A stretch of 64,000 bases of DNA. Origin: Patescibacteria group bacterium (lineage in GTDB: Bacteria; Patescibacteriota; Microgenomatia; UBA1400; MFAQ01). The notes below the pieces were generated by a model that ran no database searches, was not told the DNA's origin, and was given only the letters and a program-made list of their open reading frames with translations. Below are positions 1 through 10,388 of the stretch, piece after piece. Made by a program: the position numbers and the translations under genes. The stretch covers positions 178,059 to 242,058 of the forward strand of contig CALRDV010000001.1 in assembly GCA_943355005.1 (NCBI GenBank), written 5' to 3'. Position 1 is the first letter of the stretch, and each line of letters starts with the position of its first letter.

Positions 1-33
1 GTCTTAAAAACCCCGCCTACGGCGGGGTTTGCG
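1..33 (-). terminator. Rho-independent terminator for gene 48..416 (-)
   Basis: Hairpin ccccgcc-tac-ggcgggg (11-17/21-27). A-run at 6-10 gives a T-run after the stem on the minus strand. Confidence 0.6.
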
Positions 34-47
34 TAATAGATTAGTGA

Positions 48-416
48 TTAATCTTCATACTTATCAAGGATTTGTAATGCTTGTTTCAAGAAATTGTTCG
101 CGAAGGTGTGATGTTCATCTATGGTGTAGACTCGATAAAAGTTTTGAGCAAGTTCAGTGTTTATGGCTACCGAAAAGTAATCATGTTTTACGCTGGCAAA
201 ATTGAGGACTGCCAGCGATATCAATTCAGCCACGACTTGTCTATATGTTTCCACTGTGAAAGTCATTTGAATTCTTTGATCTTTTTGGTTTTGGAATTTA
301 TTTGTCTTCATTATCACTACTGTCATGTTAAAAATTCCAAACTTGGCGGCTAATAGTTCCAGGTCAATCATTGCATCATCATCCGGATCAATTTCGGAAA
401 TTTTATCAATCAGCAT
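48..416 (-). CDS. hypothetical protein (122 aa)
   Basis: Intact ORF followed by a terminator. Acidic N-terminus, no family motif recognised. Confidence 0.5.
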   Translation of the reverse strand: MLIDKISEIDPDDDAMIDLELLAAKFGIFNMTVVIMKTNKFQNQKDQRIQMTFTVETYRQVVAELISLAVLNFASVKHDYFSVAINTELAQNFYRVYTIDEHHTFANNFLKQALQILDKYED

Positions 417-467
417 TATTTTCTCCTTTAAGGTACGGCTATTGGAGATTCTATCACGAAGAAATCA

Positions 468-719
468 CTAGTAGAGGAGTATCCAGAGAGCGTGAAGTTG
501 ACCGGGAACGTATCCAAGAACCGTCAGCAATATATTTACCCAGAATTGCGTGGTAAACCCTACTTTTAATAGCACAGCAATTGGTGGCATAATCACGGCC
601 AGTATCACCAAGGCTACGCCTCCACCCGACAAATGACTTAGTTTGGAAATGAAGTCGACTACAAACGATTTAATGCCGGAAAAATCGATATTTATATTGA
701 TACTGTTCTGATTAGCCAT
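468..719 (-). CDS. Pmp3/YqaE (UPF0057) family small proteolipid membrane protein
   Basis: 83 aa with two TM helices. Segment 'PPIAVLLKVGFTTQFWVNILLTVLGYVPGQLHALWIL' resembles the Pmp3/YqaE consensus. Confidence 0.7.
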   Translation of the reverse strand: MANQNSININIDFSGIKSFVVDFISKLSHLSGGGVALVILAVIMPPIAVLLKVGFTTQFWVNILLTVLGYVPGQLHALWILLY

Positions 720-744
720 ACCTAATTATATCTCAGCTGAAAAT

Positions 745-1002
745 CTATTTACCTTTACGGTTTGTTTTCTTTGTTACCGCTTTTGGGGTACGGTTAAAGA
801 CGATATCTTTCTGGAGGACAAAATAGATTATCGGTAGGATACCCATGCTGTTAATAAGGAGTAAAGCAACAAACCAAATATTCTGACCTTTTCTGGCGCT
901 TTTATATAAAGCTATTCCTCTGAGAGCCAGATCCGCCGCCCAAACAATAAAGAGAAAAGGTCTGATACTTGGCGACATAAGGAAAAAAGAAGAATTGTTC
1001 AT
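745..1002 (-). CDS. small integral membrane protein (85 aa)
   Basis: Two predicted TM helices and a basic C-terminal tail. No family assignment. Confidence 0.4.
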   Translation of the reverse strand: MNNSSFFLMSPSIRPFLFIVWAADLALRGIALYKSARKGQNIWFVALLLINSMGILPIIYFVLQKDIVFNRTPKAVTKKTNRKGK

Positions 1003-1040
1003 AGTTTAATTATATACATTTTTTGGTCGTATACTAAATT

Positions 1041-1724
1041 ATGAATCTCTTTTTGGTTCCCATTAGTCTTTTATTATTGTTCTTTTCCAAAAGATGGTTG
1101 ACAGTCGAAATAAGTCGCTTTATCCGAAAGTTTGGTGGAGGACATCGTGCCACAATTATCGTTTGGAGCATTATTTTTTTACCCGGTACCGTGATTCACG
1201 AACTATCCCATTTCTTTTTTGCGATTTTGACAGGGGCTCGGACGGGCAAGATAGAAATTTTTCCGGAGTTTCTCGAAGAAGAGTGGGAAGAAGAAGGAAA
1301 AGGTCAAAATGTCACTTTGGGCTATGTTCAGACTCAGCGCTTAAATCCACTTCAGGGATTTCTGGTAGGTACCGCCCCGTTTTTGGTCGGGATAGTCTTG
1401 ATGGCTTGGCTGGCACAATTACTCCGGGCAAATTACGACCTAGGTCAATATTTAAATGTTTTTATTTTAGGTTATCTCTTTTTTACCATCACCAACTCCT
1501 TTTTCCCCAGTTGGTCGGATATAAAGCAAACCATTCCTCTAGTCATTATTTGCGGGGTCATAATTCTCATTTTTTGGATTCTCGGTTTTCAAATATTTTT
1601 ACAGCCAAACGCCGGGTTTATTTCCCTGATGGATACCGTTAGCACTACAGTTCTTATCAGCGTAATTATCAATCTCTTAATCATCGCTATTTTCTTCCTC
1701 TTGAATAAGACATTCCGTGTTTAG
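1041..1724 (+). CDS. polytopic membrane protein with HExxH motif (putative zinc metallopeptidase-like)
   Basis: Multiple TM helices. 'VIHELSHFFFAIL' carries HExxH next to a TM segment. Confidence 0.45.
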   Translation: MNLFLVPISLLLLFFSKRWLTVEISRFIRKFGGGHRATIIVWSIIFLPGTVIHELSHFFFAILTGARTGKIEIFPEFLEEEWEEEGKGQNVTLGYVQTQRLNPLQGFLVGTAPFLVGIVLMAWLAQLLRANYDLGQYLNVFILGYLFFTITNSFFPSWSDIKQTIPLVIICGVIILIFWILGFQIFLQPNAGFISLMDTVSTTVLISVIINLLIIAIFFLLNKTFRV

Positions 1725-2522
1725 GTGGTCATGCTAACATTGCTTATGAACTTTCTTCACGCCATAGTCTTGGGAATTATCGAAGGTGCTACTGAATTTC
1801 TCCCCATATCCTCTACATTTCATCTCATCTGGTCCGCCAAACTTCTTGGTCTGGTTCCGACCGATTTTTCCCGGCTTTTCGAAGTTTTTATTCAGGCTGG
1901 GGCAGTCGGAGCAGTCGTTTTTCTATATTTTAGGACCATTATTTCTGACAAGAAATTGATGTTAAAAGTTTTTGCTTCGTTTATTCCTACCGCGGTAGTA
2001 GGTCTTTTGCTTTACAAAGTAATCAAACAGTTTTTCTTCAACAACGATTTTTTACAGTTAGCTGTCTTTCTAATTGTCGGTTTAATTTTTATTCTTTACG
2101 AAAAGTTCGGGTCACACAAAGATAACAAGAAGGGTTTGGAAATGCTTACCTATACGGACGCCATTGTGGTGGGGTTAGTACAGGCTCTGGCTGTCATCCC
2201 GGGTGTCTCCCGCGCAGGAGCCGTTATTCTCGGTTTGATGTTTCTGAAGGTTCGCAGGGAGGAAGCCGCCAAATATTCTTTTTTACTGGCCATTCCTACC
2301 ATTTTTGCCGCCAGTGCTCTCGATCTATTTAAGATGAGAGATTTATTAATAAACAATTCGGGCAATATTTCACTTTTGTTGGTCGGGACAATAGCCGCCT
2401 TTATCTCAGCAATGCTTGTAGTCAAATGGCTTATCAAATATCTCCAGGGTCATTCATTAGCCAATTTTGGCTGGTACCGCATTGCTGTATTTACCGCCCT
2501 CATTTTCCTCTTTGTCCTTTAA
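1725..2522 (+). CDS. uppP: undecaprenyl-diphosphate phosphatase
   Basis: 'EGATEFLPISSTFHLI' and 'IPGVSRAGAVILG' match the two conserved UppP/BacA motifs. Length 265 aa with about 8 TM helices. Confidence 0.9.
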   Translation: MVMLTLLMNFLHAIVLGIIEGATEFLPISSTFHLIWSAKLLGLVPTDFSRLFEVFIQAGAVGAVVFLYFRTIISDKKLMLKVFASFIPTAVVGLLLYKVIKQFFFNNDFLQLAVFLIVGLIFILYEKFGSHKDNKKGLEMLTYTDAIVVGLVQALAVIPGVSRAGAVILGLMFLKVRREEAAKYSFLLAIPTIFAASALDLFKMRDLLINNSGNISLLLVGTIAAFISAMLVVKWLIKYLQGHSLANFGWYRIAVFTALIFLFVL

Positions 2523-2535
2523 TTCCACAATAAAA

Positions 2536-2553
2536 TCCCGCCTTTAGGCGGGA
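2536..2553. terminator. Hairpin between convergent genes (uppP + / 2562..3023 -)
   Basis: tcccgcc-ttta-ggcggga. The A-rich stretch upstream gives a T-run for the minus-strand transcript. Confidence 0.55.
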
Positions 2554-2561
2554 CTAACTAT

Positions 2562-3023
2562 CTATAACTTCACTGCAGCGAAGTGCCATCCGGGTGGCCA
2601 AGGTGAATCTATAGTCACAAGATGCATCCGTTTCTCTTCACCGGAAAGCCGGATGTGGGGGATTTGAGTCATCTCGTGTGATCTCCACTTGGAGCCAAGA
2701 ACAGCCACACTTACATAGCTCCAGGCAGGCATTGGCACATCTTTATTTATTAGAGAAGCCAAACACTCTTTTAAGTAAGCTGGCCTCAGACCCATGTGGT
2801 GAAGCATCCGCCTTACTTCGCCCGTGGTCATCCATCTATCGATTCTGACCAGGGTTGATTCAATCTCTTCCACGCCTTGGCGCAGACTAGGGAAGTTTCT
2901 AGAATTAAAGTCTAAATCGAAGTACTGGAATTTGGCTTCCAGTATCATTTCAATTAGGGTCTTTTCATAATTCACTATTTCTTTGGCCAGTTTGAGGCCC
3001 GGTTTCTTAGTAGTTGTAGCCAT
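2562..3023 (-). CDS. hypothetical protein (153 aa)
   Basis: Intact ORF. No recognisable motif. Confidence 0.5.
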   Translation of the reverse strand: MATTTKKPGLKLAKEIVNYEKTLIEMILEAKFQYFDLDFNSRNFPSLRQGVEEIESTLVRIDRWMTTGEVRRMLHHMGLRPAYLKECLASLINKDVPMPAWSYVSVAVLGSKWRSHEMTQIPHIRLSGEEKRMHLVTIDSPWPPGWHFAAVKL

Positions 3024-3212
3024 TACAGACCTCCTTTTCTTTTTTTGGATTATATCTCAGGGTACAGCCACATTATATACCTATATATATGGAAAATCCA
3101 TCTATGGGCTAGGATTAACGACCAAAGAAATGTATAATGATTCAACGAGTAAATTCATATCCTTCGAGATTCTTTTACGACTCACCTTTAAAATTCACAA
3201 ATCTTACCCAAT

Positions 3213-4166
3213 TTGGAGGCTCTTGTGCCTAAAAATATTTCAAAGTTGCTTTGGTGTACAGCCCTGTTGGGCATCGGTATTCATGTTATTGCGCACCTCC
3301 GGCATAAAAAAGCCAAACTTCTGGAAGATACAGCCCAAACAAATTACGGGCATCGGCTCAGAGAAGACGCTCTCCATGAAGCCGCCGACTTTCAAAAAAC
3401 CTTTTTGCCCCAAAACCCTTTAGAAATCGGTCAATTCCAAGTCTCAGGCCTCACGCGCCCTTCCGATATAGTCAATGGGGATTTCTACAGCTTTTTTGGT
3501 GTTCACCGAAGAGGTACTATTGGTATGGCTATCGGGGACATTACCGGCCACGGAGTCCAAGCTGCCATTTTCTATACCTGGATGCAACATCTATTTCGAG
3601 AAAAATCTGAATTTGCCACTTCTGCCTCAGAAACTATGTACCTAGTCGAAAATTCCATGGACAAGACAGTCTTAAAGGAAAATCGCGGAAGAAACAGAAT
3701 GCTGGTACCCGCCACGTGGATCGAAGTAAACGTCAACACAAGTCTTGCCAAAGTTGTTCGTGCTGGTCATACCTTTCCTGTACTTATTGATCCAGAGGGA
3801 AATTGTCAGAAAATCACTTCAGGAAGAGGCATGCTTCTCAACTCCGGTTATTATGATGATATGTATTCTGAAACTTCTCCGGACTCCCCTTGGTTGGACT
3901 TGGATGAAACCGAAATACAAATTCCATCGGGCTGGACCCTCCTTAATTTTACTGACGGTCTCATCGAGACTCACGATTGTGCCAACAATCTCTTAGGCGA
4001 AGCATGTGTCTTTAACGCTATCAAAGATTTTGTCCTATTTAAATCTAACATTTACACCTCAGAAGAGCTCTGCGCCATGCTCATGACTTTAGCCATGAAC
4101 CACAAAGGCAAAGCCAAGCAGCACGACGACATTACAGTAGTAGCTATTCGAAATCTTTCAGCTTAA
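3213..4166 (+). CDS. PP2C/SpoIIE-family serine phosphatase with N-terminal TM anchor
   Basis: 'GDFYSFFGV...GMAIGDITGHGVQAAIF' and 'FTDGLIE' match the SpoIIE/RsbU PP2C metal-binding motifs. Confidence 0.8.
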   Translation: MEALVPKNISKLLWCTALLGIGIHVIAHLRHKKAKLLEDTAQTNYGHRLREDALHEAADFQKTFLPQNPLEIGQFQVSGLTRPSDIVNGDFYSFFGVHRRGTIGMAIGDITGHGVQAAIFYTWMQHLFREKSEFATSASETMYLVENSMDKTVLKENRGRNRMLVPATWIEVNVNTSLAKVVRAGHTFPVLIDPEGNCQKITSGRGMLLNSGYYDDMYSETSPDSPWLDLDETEIQIPSGWTLLNFTDGLIETHDCANNLLGEACVFNAIKDFVLFKSNIYTSEELCAMLMTLAMNHKGKAKQHDDITVVAIRNLSA

Positions 4167-4173
4167 CTCTAGA

Positions 4174-4195
4174 CCCCTCCCAGCGAGGGGTTTTT
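4174..4195 (+). terminator. Rho-independent terminator after the PP2C gene
   Basis: cccctc-ccagc-gagggg followed by ttttt. Confidence 0.75.
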
Positions 4196-4230
4196 ATTTA
4201 CCCCTTATAATTAGTAAAAAGCTAATTTAT

Positions 4231-5388
4231 ATGAAAAATTCATTTAATTCCTCATTCGTCGGACGTATTATAATATTTTTCGCTATCATGCTCACTGGCT
4301 TTTTAGTCTGTACACGTGTGGTTTCTGCAGAAGAAATCAATCAAAAAGAAATATTTACCAAGGCGCAAGTTCTCGAAGTTTCTGAAGACAGTACCCACTT
4401 AATTGAAAGTTTTGGAGAGACGTATGTCACCCCATATCAAAAATTAAAATTACTGATTATTGATGGCACGGATACGGGTAAAACAGTTGTTGTAGAGTAT
4501 GCGGGTATGACTGAGACATCCTTCCAAAAAGTTAAAGTTGGACAATTTTTGGTACTAAACCAAGTGGAAGTTGCTGGCGGTTCAACTCAATATCAAGTGG
4601 TGGACAAACTAAGGATTAACGAACTTTTCATGATTATTTTACTGTTTTTAGTTCTTGTCGTTTTGCTTTCTAAGTGGAAGGGGATTGGTTCCATTCTTGG
4701 CATGCTTTTTAGTTTGATCGTCATCTTGAAGTTTATTATTCCTCAAATATTGGCCGGTCGGGATCCTCTATTGATAAGTATTCTTGGATCAATTGCAATT
4801 TTGGTAACCAGTATCTATTTGGCTCACGGCTTTTCCAAGCAGACCACTGTTGCGGTTATTTCTACCTCAATTACACTGGTTATTACCGGACTTCTTTCCG
4901 TCCTTTTTGTAAGACTGACAAATTTAAGCGGCATCTCAAATGAAGATACTTCGTCTTTACTTTTTGGGGGACCTACCGCCACTATCAATTACAAAGGTCT
5001 GTTACTTGGAGGCATGATTATTGGTTTTCTTGGAGTCCTGGACGACGTTACTACCGGCATGTCGGCAACTGTATTTGAGCTGAAAAAAGTAAATTCAAAA
5101 CTATCTTTTTCTGAATTAATTTCAAGTTCTTTAAACGTAGGTGTGGAGCACATTTCTTCTTTGGTTAATACTTTGGTGCTTGCTTACGCTGGTTCATCCC
5201 TACCTGTCTTTTTGTATTTAGTATTAAATCCCCAAGGTTACCCTGTTTGGTTCATGATAAATTCAGAGTTCATCGCCGAAGAAATCGTCAGAACTTTGGT
5301 CGGAAGCATTGGCTTACTCTTTGCTGTTCCCATCACTACCGCAATTGCCGCCTGGATAGTAACTAGAAACAGAAGGAAGTCGATTTAA
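4231..5388 (+). CDS. membrane protein, YibE/F-like topology (signal/TM, extracytoplasmic domain, multi-TM core)
   Basis: N-terminal TM, about 110-aa soluble domain, then about 7 TM helices. The family assignment rests on architecture only. Confidence 0.4.
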   Translation: MKNSFNSSFVGRIIIFFAIMLTGFLVCTRVVSAEEINQKEIFTKAQVLEVSEDSTHLIESFGETYVTPYQKLKLLIIDGTDTGKTVVVEYAGMTETSFQKVKVGQFLVLNQVEVAGGSTQYQVVDKLRINELFMIILLFLVLVVLLSKWKGIGSILGMLFSLIVILKFIIPQILAGRDPLLISILGSIAILVTSIYLAHGFSKQTTVAVISTSITLVITGLLSVLFVRLTNLSGISNEDTSSLLFGGPTATINYKGLLLGGMIIGFLGVLDDVTTGMSATVFELKKVNSKLSFSELISSSLNVGVEHISSLVNTLVLAYAGSSLPVFLYLVLNPQGYPVWFMINSEFIAEEIVRTLVGSIGLLFAVPITTAIAAWIVTRNRRKSI

Positions 5389-6407
5389 GGCTCTGTTTTC
5401 TGAATCTGGGAAATATATTTCTTTTTCTCCTCCTCGGATATAAAAGAGGATGTAAAAGAATTTTTCGCCAGCATAATTAAATCATTTTTTGTTAAGTTCA
5501 GAGCTTCGGCTACCGACACAAAATTTTCATTCATATAGCCTCCAAAATACGCAGGGTCATCAGAATTAATTGATACCACCAGACCAAAGTCCAACATCTT
5601 TTTTAGTGGGTGATTCTTCATGTCGTTTATCACTTTCAGTTTTAGATTGGATAGGGGACAGACGGTCAAAGGAATCTTTTTATCTACTAAGTACTCGATA
5701 AGTTTGGGGTCATCCAGACTGTGATTACCATGGTCTACTCTTTCTATTTTTAGTTCATACAGTGCCTCCCAGACATACTCGGCCGGACCTTCTTCTCCGG
5801 CGTGTGCCACCGCCTTAAATCCTTCTTCCCGTGCCATTTTGTATACTTCCCTAAAAATTGCCGGGGGAAAATTTTTCTCCGACGAATCAAGCCCAACTGC
5901 TTGAATTAAGTGTTTGTAAGGTAGCGCTTGTTTAAATGTTTCTATTGCTGAAGCTTCGGGTAAGTGGCGCAGGAAGCACATTATCAAGCTAGCTGTCATT
6001 CCCAGATTTTTCTCCGCGTCTTTTATGGCTCTATCAAGTCCCGTAATTACGGTCTCAAAGCTCACGCCTCTTTCCGTGTGGGTTTGAGGGTCAAAGAATA
6101 TTTCGGCATGTAATACATTTTGTGCTCTGGCTTTCTTGAGATATGCATAAGCCAGCTCGTAGAAATCAAGTTCATTTATGAGAACAGCTGCATTATCATA
6201 ATAAATATCCAAGAAATCCTGCAGATTATTAAAGTTATACGCCGCTTTCAATTCCTCGACTGAGCCATATTTCAGCTTTACACCATTTCTCTTGGCCATC
6301 TCGAAAGCCATCTCAGGCTCAAAAGACCCCTCAATATGAATATGTAGTTCTGCCTTCGGCAACCCCTTTATAAATTCTTGATTTGTCTCCATATCTATTT
6401 TTACCAC
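5385..6407 (-). CDS. add: adenosine deaminase
   Basis: 'LPKAELHIHIEGS' (metal-binding HxH) and 'SINSDDPAYFGG' match adenosine/AMP deaminase family motifs. Length 340 aa. Confidence 0.85.
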   Translation of the reverse strand: MVKIDMETNQEFIKGLPKAELHIHIEGSFEPEMAFEMAKRNGVKLKYGSVEELKAAYNFNNLQDFLDIYYDNAAVLINELDFYELAYAYLKKARAQNVLHAEIFFDPQTHTERGVSFETVITGLDRAIKDAEKNLGMTASLIMCFLRHLPEASAIETFKQALPYKHLIQAVGLDSSEKNFPPAIFREVYKMAREEGFKAVAHAGEEGPAEYVWEALYELKIERVDHGNHSLDDPKLIEYLVDKKIPLTVCPLSNLKLKVINDMKNHPLKKMLDFGLVVSINSDDPAYFGGYMNENFVSVAEALNLTKNDLIMLAKNSFTSSFISEEEKKKYISQIQKTEP

Positions 6408-6447
6408 ACACTTGACTTTTTAGCCTCATAGGCCTATAATAAGCGAA

Positions 6448-7974
6448 ATGGAATTACTCAGGAACGAATTTGAGCGTATCGAGGCTCAAGAGAAAGCCGA
6501 AAACTTGCTTGTAGATTTTCGTGGGAATTTGTCATTAGTGGAGTTAAGTTCGGATGTGTCCGAAAGATCTAGACAAATCGAGAAAATATGCCAAGAGTTT
6601 GATGATTTAGCCTTAAAACTTTTTCCTGTCGAGCTTGGCCATTTTACGGTCAAAGATCAAAAGACAATCTCTTCCAGGTACAAAAATGCTTCGTTTGAAC
6701 AAAAACGCACTCTCAGATCCATGCTTGCTGTGTTGGTTTTGGCTCCTGACAGACCCGAGAACATCATAGTCTCGGAATCAAGTCCTTTTTATCAGATATT
6801 CACCCATTCTCAGGAAATATCTCCCGTAATCAATAAAACAAAGCTAAGTATTGAGAGTTTTAATCAAATGCGCGAAGAAATGTTTATGGCTTGTCCGGAT
6901 AAACAAGATCTACTTACACTAGAAACGGTTCTCTCCTTGCACGATACAACTAAACTAAAGACTGTAGCTGCCAAAGTTGAAAGCTTGTCTGGGGTAACTA
7001 GTATTAATCATGATCTATTACTTTCTTTCATGACCCAGAATCCAAGACTAATAAATGAATTGGTTCCTAGTCTTAATCGCTTGTCTAGGGAACAAAAAGA
7101 GCTTGCAATTCAAGTCATGAATTTACAATACAATCGTGGCCAGCATGCCCAAGCCGAAGCATCTGCTGCCCATCTAATTTTTGTGGGCCAGGATTACGCC
7201 GATCAAAGGCTTGTTCGTATGCAAAGACAAGAAAGTAATGCAGATCTTGCCGGATTAGATGGCACTTTAGGTGGTAAGTATTTTGAAGAAATGTTTCAGC
7301 ATTATAAAATTGCAGATTTGTCTATCGATTTAATGCGCACTGGTGATTTAAACATTAAACAAGCTTACCTTTTTACTCTCCAAAACAGAGCTGCCATGAT
7401 GGGCGTAGAAATTGATTTGGATGAATGGGATTTTGAAACCAGAGCTGGTCTAGAAAAAATAACACTTCTCAGGTTTGCCTGCCAATATCAGATGAGTACT
7501 TATGATGAATTTATGCTTTTAAACCATTGTTTTGCCGGATTAGCACCACTAAACAGAGATGCCTTGGTAGAAACATTTGGAAGAAGTGGGTTGGATGACA
7601 AGGTTGGCATATTGTTCTATTACTCACCCGCGCTGATGTGTAGCATTAGAGACTTAGAAATCGAAGAAGACAAAATTGATGGTGCTCGATTCGGTATCGA
7701 GAGAGGCCTTAAACTAATGTCCAGAATCGCCAAAGAAACTCTTAGATTTTTCGAAAAACCGGAAATCCAAGCTTTTCCACTGTATACACTATTACGAACA
7801 GGTAAGTTAGTCATGTTGGAAGATGTTCTAGAGATTAGAGGTGTCAATCGGGATAAGTCCGGAAGAGTAATAGAATATGTCGTAGCTTTGACCGAAATCC
7901 TTAAAGATTATTCCAAAAAATTAAGTGTTTCAGAAGCCGGTCTGGGTGAAGCCGACTTTACTTTGGTAGATTAA
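6448..7974 (+). CDS. hypothetical protein (508 aa)
   Basis: Long intact ORF. No recognisable catalytic motif. Confidence 0.55.
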   Translation: MELLRNEFERIEAQEKAENLLVDFRGNLSLVELSSDVSERSRQIEKICQEFDDLALKLFPVELGHFTVKDQKTISSRYKNASFEQKRTLRSMLAVLVLAPDRPENIIVSESSPFYQIFTHSQEISPVINKTKLSIESFNQMREEMFMACPDKQDLLTLETVLSLHDTTKLKTVAAKVESLSGVTSINHDLLLSFMTQNPRLINELVPSLNRLSREQKELAIQVMNLQYNRGQHAQAEASAAHLIFVGQDYADQRLVRMQRQESNADLAGLDGTLGGKYFEEMFQHYKIADLSIDLMRTGDLNIKQAYLFTLQNRAAMMGVEIDLDEWDFETRAGLEKITLLRFACQYQMSTYDEFMLLNHCFAGLAPLNRDALVETFGRSGLDDKVGILFYYSPALMCSIRDLEIEEDKIDGARFGIERGLKLMSRIAKETLRFFEKPEIQAFPLYTLLRTGKLVMLEDVLEIRGVNRDKSGRVIEYVVALTEILKDYSKKLSVSEAGLGEADFTLVD

Positions 7975-9173
7975 ATCACTTCCCTCGCCAGCACATCGGA
8001 CTCTTGGTTGTGTTTTTCTGATACTTTAGTCTTGTAAAGTATTCCCAGTGCCAGGAGGCTAAACATTGAAGCAATCATGTATGGCAAATTTTCTCGATAT
8101 TGGAAAGCCAAACCAGACCCAATTGGAGCTAGGATGTTTGCGGCTGAAGATATTCCGGACAGGACACCTACTGCTTCTCCTCTTTCTTTGACGTCGGCTT
8201 CTCCCACAATCTCACTTGTCATAGCTACTCCTAGATTAGATTGTCCAAAGGCGGTAAAAATCATTCCGAGGACAAATATCCAAATTGAGTGAATAGACAT
8301 AAGGAGAAATCCAAAAGCAAAGAAACTAATCATCAATAAAATTAACTGTTTCTCTTTAAATTTCTGTAACCAGAAGTTCTTCAGCAAATATCCTTGATTA
8401 AGCGCCAGAATTACCCCAATGCCGGTAAAGAATAAGCCGGTCATGATTGGCGGAAAGCCGTAGGCTTTACCTAAGAAAAGTGCAAACACAGTATTGGATC
8501 CTACAGCTATGACGTTAAACATAAACCATACGATATATAGTGAGCGGAGTTTAATATTTTTGAAAGCTGCGACAATTGGCTTCAGGGGATTCCAGGTAAT
8601 TACCTTATCCTTATCAATATGTTTGTTGGTTTCAGGTAAGAAGAAGTAAGCCAAAATTACATTGATTAGAGCCATTCCTCCTACAAAGAAAAATGGAAAA
8701 GAGTGAGATACTTGCCCCAGCAGTCCACCAATCAGTGGTCCTACAATAAATCCGAGTCCAAATATCATTCCAATTATTCCCAAATTACCGGCTCTTTCTT
8801 TTGGGTCTTTAGCAATATCAGACATAGCCGATTGCGCAGTCGAAATATTCCCCGCCGCCAAACCATCTATGATTCTGCCGAGTAGTAGCAGAGGCATACT
8901 GTGACCAAGTGCAAAGATAAACCAGCCAATCGAAGTACTGGCAATGCTGGTGATTAATACGGGTCGGCGTCCGACTTTATCTGATAACACTCCCAAAAAA
9001 GGAGCACTTAGGAAAGAAAAAAGCGAGTAAACAGAGAAAAGTAGCGCCACGGAAAAAGCCGAAAGTCCAAAAGATTGTACGTATACAGGCAGTACCGGGA
9101 TGATTATCCCCAGCCCAATCACGTCAATTGCCGCCGTAAAAATAATTATTGCTTTTTCTTTTGACATGACCAT
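7971..9173 (-). CDS. MFS transporter
   Basis: 12 TM helices. MFS signature 'GRIIDGLAAGNISTAQSAMSDIA' lies between TM2 and TM3. Confidence 0.85.
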   Translation of the reverse strand: MVMSKEKAIIIFTAAIDVIGLGIIIPVLPVYVQSFGLSAFSVALLFSVYSLFSFLSAPFLGVLSDKVGRRPVLITSIASTSIGWFIFALGHSMPLLLLGRIIDGLAAGNISTAQSAMSDIAKDPKERAGNLGIIGMIFGLGFIVGPLIGGLLGQVSHSFPFFFVGGMALINVILAYFFLPETNKHIDKDKVITWNPLKPIVAAFKNIKLRSLYIVWFMFNVIAVGSNTVFALFLGKAYGFPPIMTGLFFTGIGVILALNQGYLLKNFWLQKFKEKQLILLMISFFAFGFLLMSIHSIWIFVLGMIFTAFGQSNLGVAMTSEIVGEADVKERGEAVGVLSGISSAANILAPIGSGLAFQYRENLPYMIASMFSLLALGILYKTKVSEKHNQESDVLAREVI

Positions 9174-9341
9174 CCATTTTACCCCACTCCAGGTTCATTT
9201 CCCATCCACCTACCCCATAACATTGACAAAAGCCCTCTCTTGTGGGATAATATTCATATTCTAGTAGCACATTCAGGCCAAAGGAGGCAAATATGATCAC
9301 TTCCGTCTTCTGAATGAGGTAAACCCTCATAAGGAGAATAA

Positions 9342-9686
9342 ATGAATCTTTATATCCGCACCATGTGGGTCTACGAGATCCACCGCAAGGTTCAGGAAAT
9401 ACACCACACTTACCAGGAAGTTTGCCCCAACTGCGCTTATTTTCTCGAGAAAAGTAATTTCTCCCGCGAAACTATACGCAACTTATCCTGGGGCTTGTGC
9501 GACGAGCATCTCGAAATCATCCGTCAGCTTCTCGCTGAGTCTGAAGGATATCATTTCGAACTCGAGCGTGACCTCGGTATTAGTGTGGATGGTTTCTTCC
9601 GCAATCTTCCCGACGGCCGCCCTTGCTCCATTCGCACCACTATCTGGCGCGACTACCTCCTGTCCTTGTGCACGACCCCCACCTAG
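9342..9686 (+). CDS. hypothetical protein (114 aa)
   Basis: Intact ORF ending inside a strong terminator hairpin. Confidence 0.4.
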   Translation: MNLYIRTMWVYEIHRKVQEIHHTYQEVCPNCAYFLEKSNFSRETIRNLSWGLCDEHLEIIRQLLAESEGYHFELERDLGISVDGFFRNLPDGRPCSIRTTIWRDYLLSLCTTPT

Positions 9687-9706
9687 CTAGGTGGGGTTTT
9701 TATTTT
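9677..9706 (+). terminator. Rho-independent terminator (perfect palindrome + T-run)
   Basis: ccccacctag|ctaggtgggg followed by tttttatttt. Lies between convergent genes. Confidence 0.8.
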
Positions 9707-9720
9707 GTCTCTCAAATTTT

Positions 9721-10290
9721 TTACCCTCTCAAAACCTCTACTGTATTTCCTAGCAAAGAAATCAGCTTCGAAGGCGACGAAATCTTTTCTCCGGCGTCTA
9801 TATAGATCACTTCATCATTTCCGAAATAGCCAATTGCCATATCAATATCTCTTGCCGGCTCGAGCCCTTCCGGATTCGCACTTGGTGCTATTAGCGGTCC
9901 TGACTCCTTTAGTAGTTTGCAAAGTAGCTCATCATCCGGAAATCTAAACGATAAAGATTCTGTTCCTCTCATTAAATAATCATATTTTTTGGTTCGGCAG
10001 GGGAGCTCTACACTTACTTTTCCCGGCCAATATTTTTCCAAGTTTTCTTTCTGTTCTGGATTAAGTTCAATATCAAACAAATTCAAATCCTCCATGTCAC
10101 CAATCAGCAGAATGCATTTTTTCTCAGGATTTCTGGATTTCAGCGAGTAAACTTTCTCCATCGCGGATTTATCTTTCGCCACTGCCACCAGTCCATAAAT
10201 CGTATCGGTCGGCAGCACAGCCACTCCACCACCGAGCAAGTACTCGGCAACCTCCTCAACAAGTGACTCCTTCCACTCCACAATTTTCAT
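9721..10290 (-). CDS. tsaC: L-threonylcarbamoyladenylate synthase (YrdC/TsaC family)
   Basis: 'GGVAVLPTDTIYGLVAVA' is the YrdC/Sua5 signature. Length 189 aa. Confidence 0.85.
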   Translation of the reverse strand: MKIVEWKESLVEEVAEYLLGGGVAVLPTDTIYGLVAVAKDKSAMEKVYSLKSRNPEKKCILLIGDMEDLNLFDIELNPEQKENLEKYWPGKVSVELPCRTKKYDYLMRGTESLSFRFPDDELLCKLLKESGPLIAPSANPEGLEPARDIDMAIGYFGNDEVIYIDAGEKISSPSKLISLLGNTVEVLRG

Positions 10291-10388
10291 ACCATATTAT
10301 AAAACACAAACCCACCATCATATCTCTAAATCTGCTATATTTATATTAGTTAAGCGTTACATCAACTTTATTTTAAATCAGGGAGATT

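Noticed and set aside
1094-1642. 182-aa Arg-rich ORF in an alternative frame of 1041..1724
   Set aside because: An alternative frame of the membrane protein gene. The Arg/Ser-rich composition is typical of an off-frame translation.
2983-3423. 146-aa plus-strand ORF overlapping the start of the PP2C gene
   Set aside because: It overlaps two better-supported genes (2562..3023 minus and 3213..4166 plus) and has no motif support. Likely spurious.
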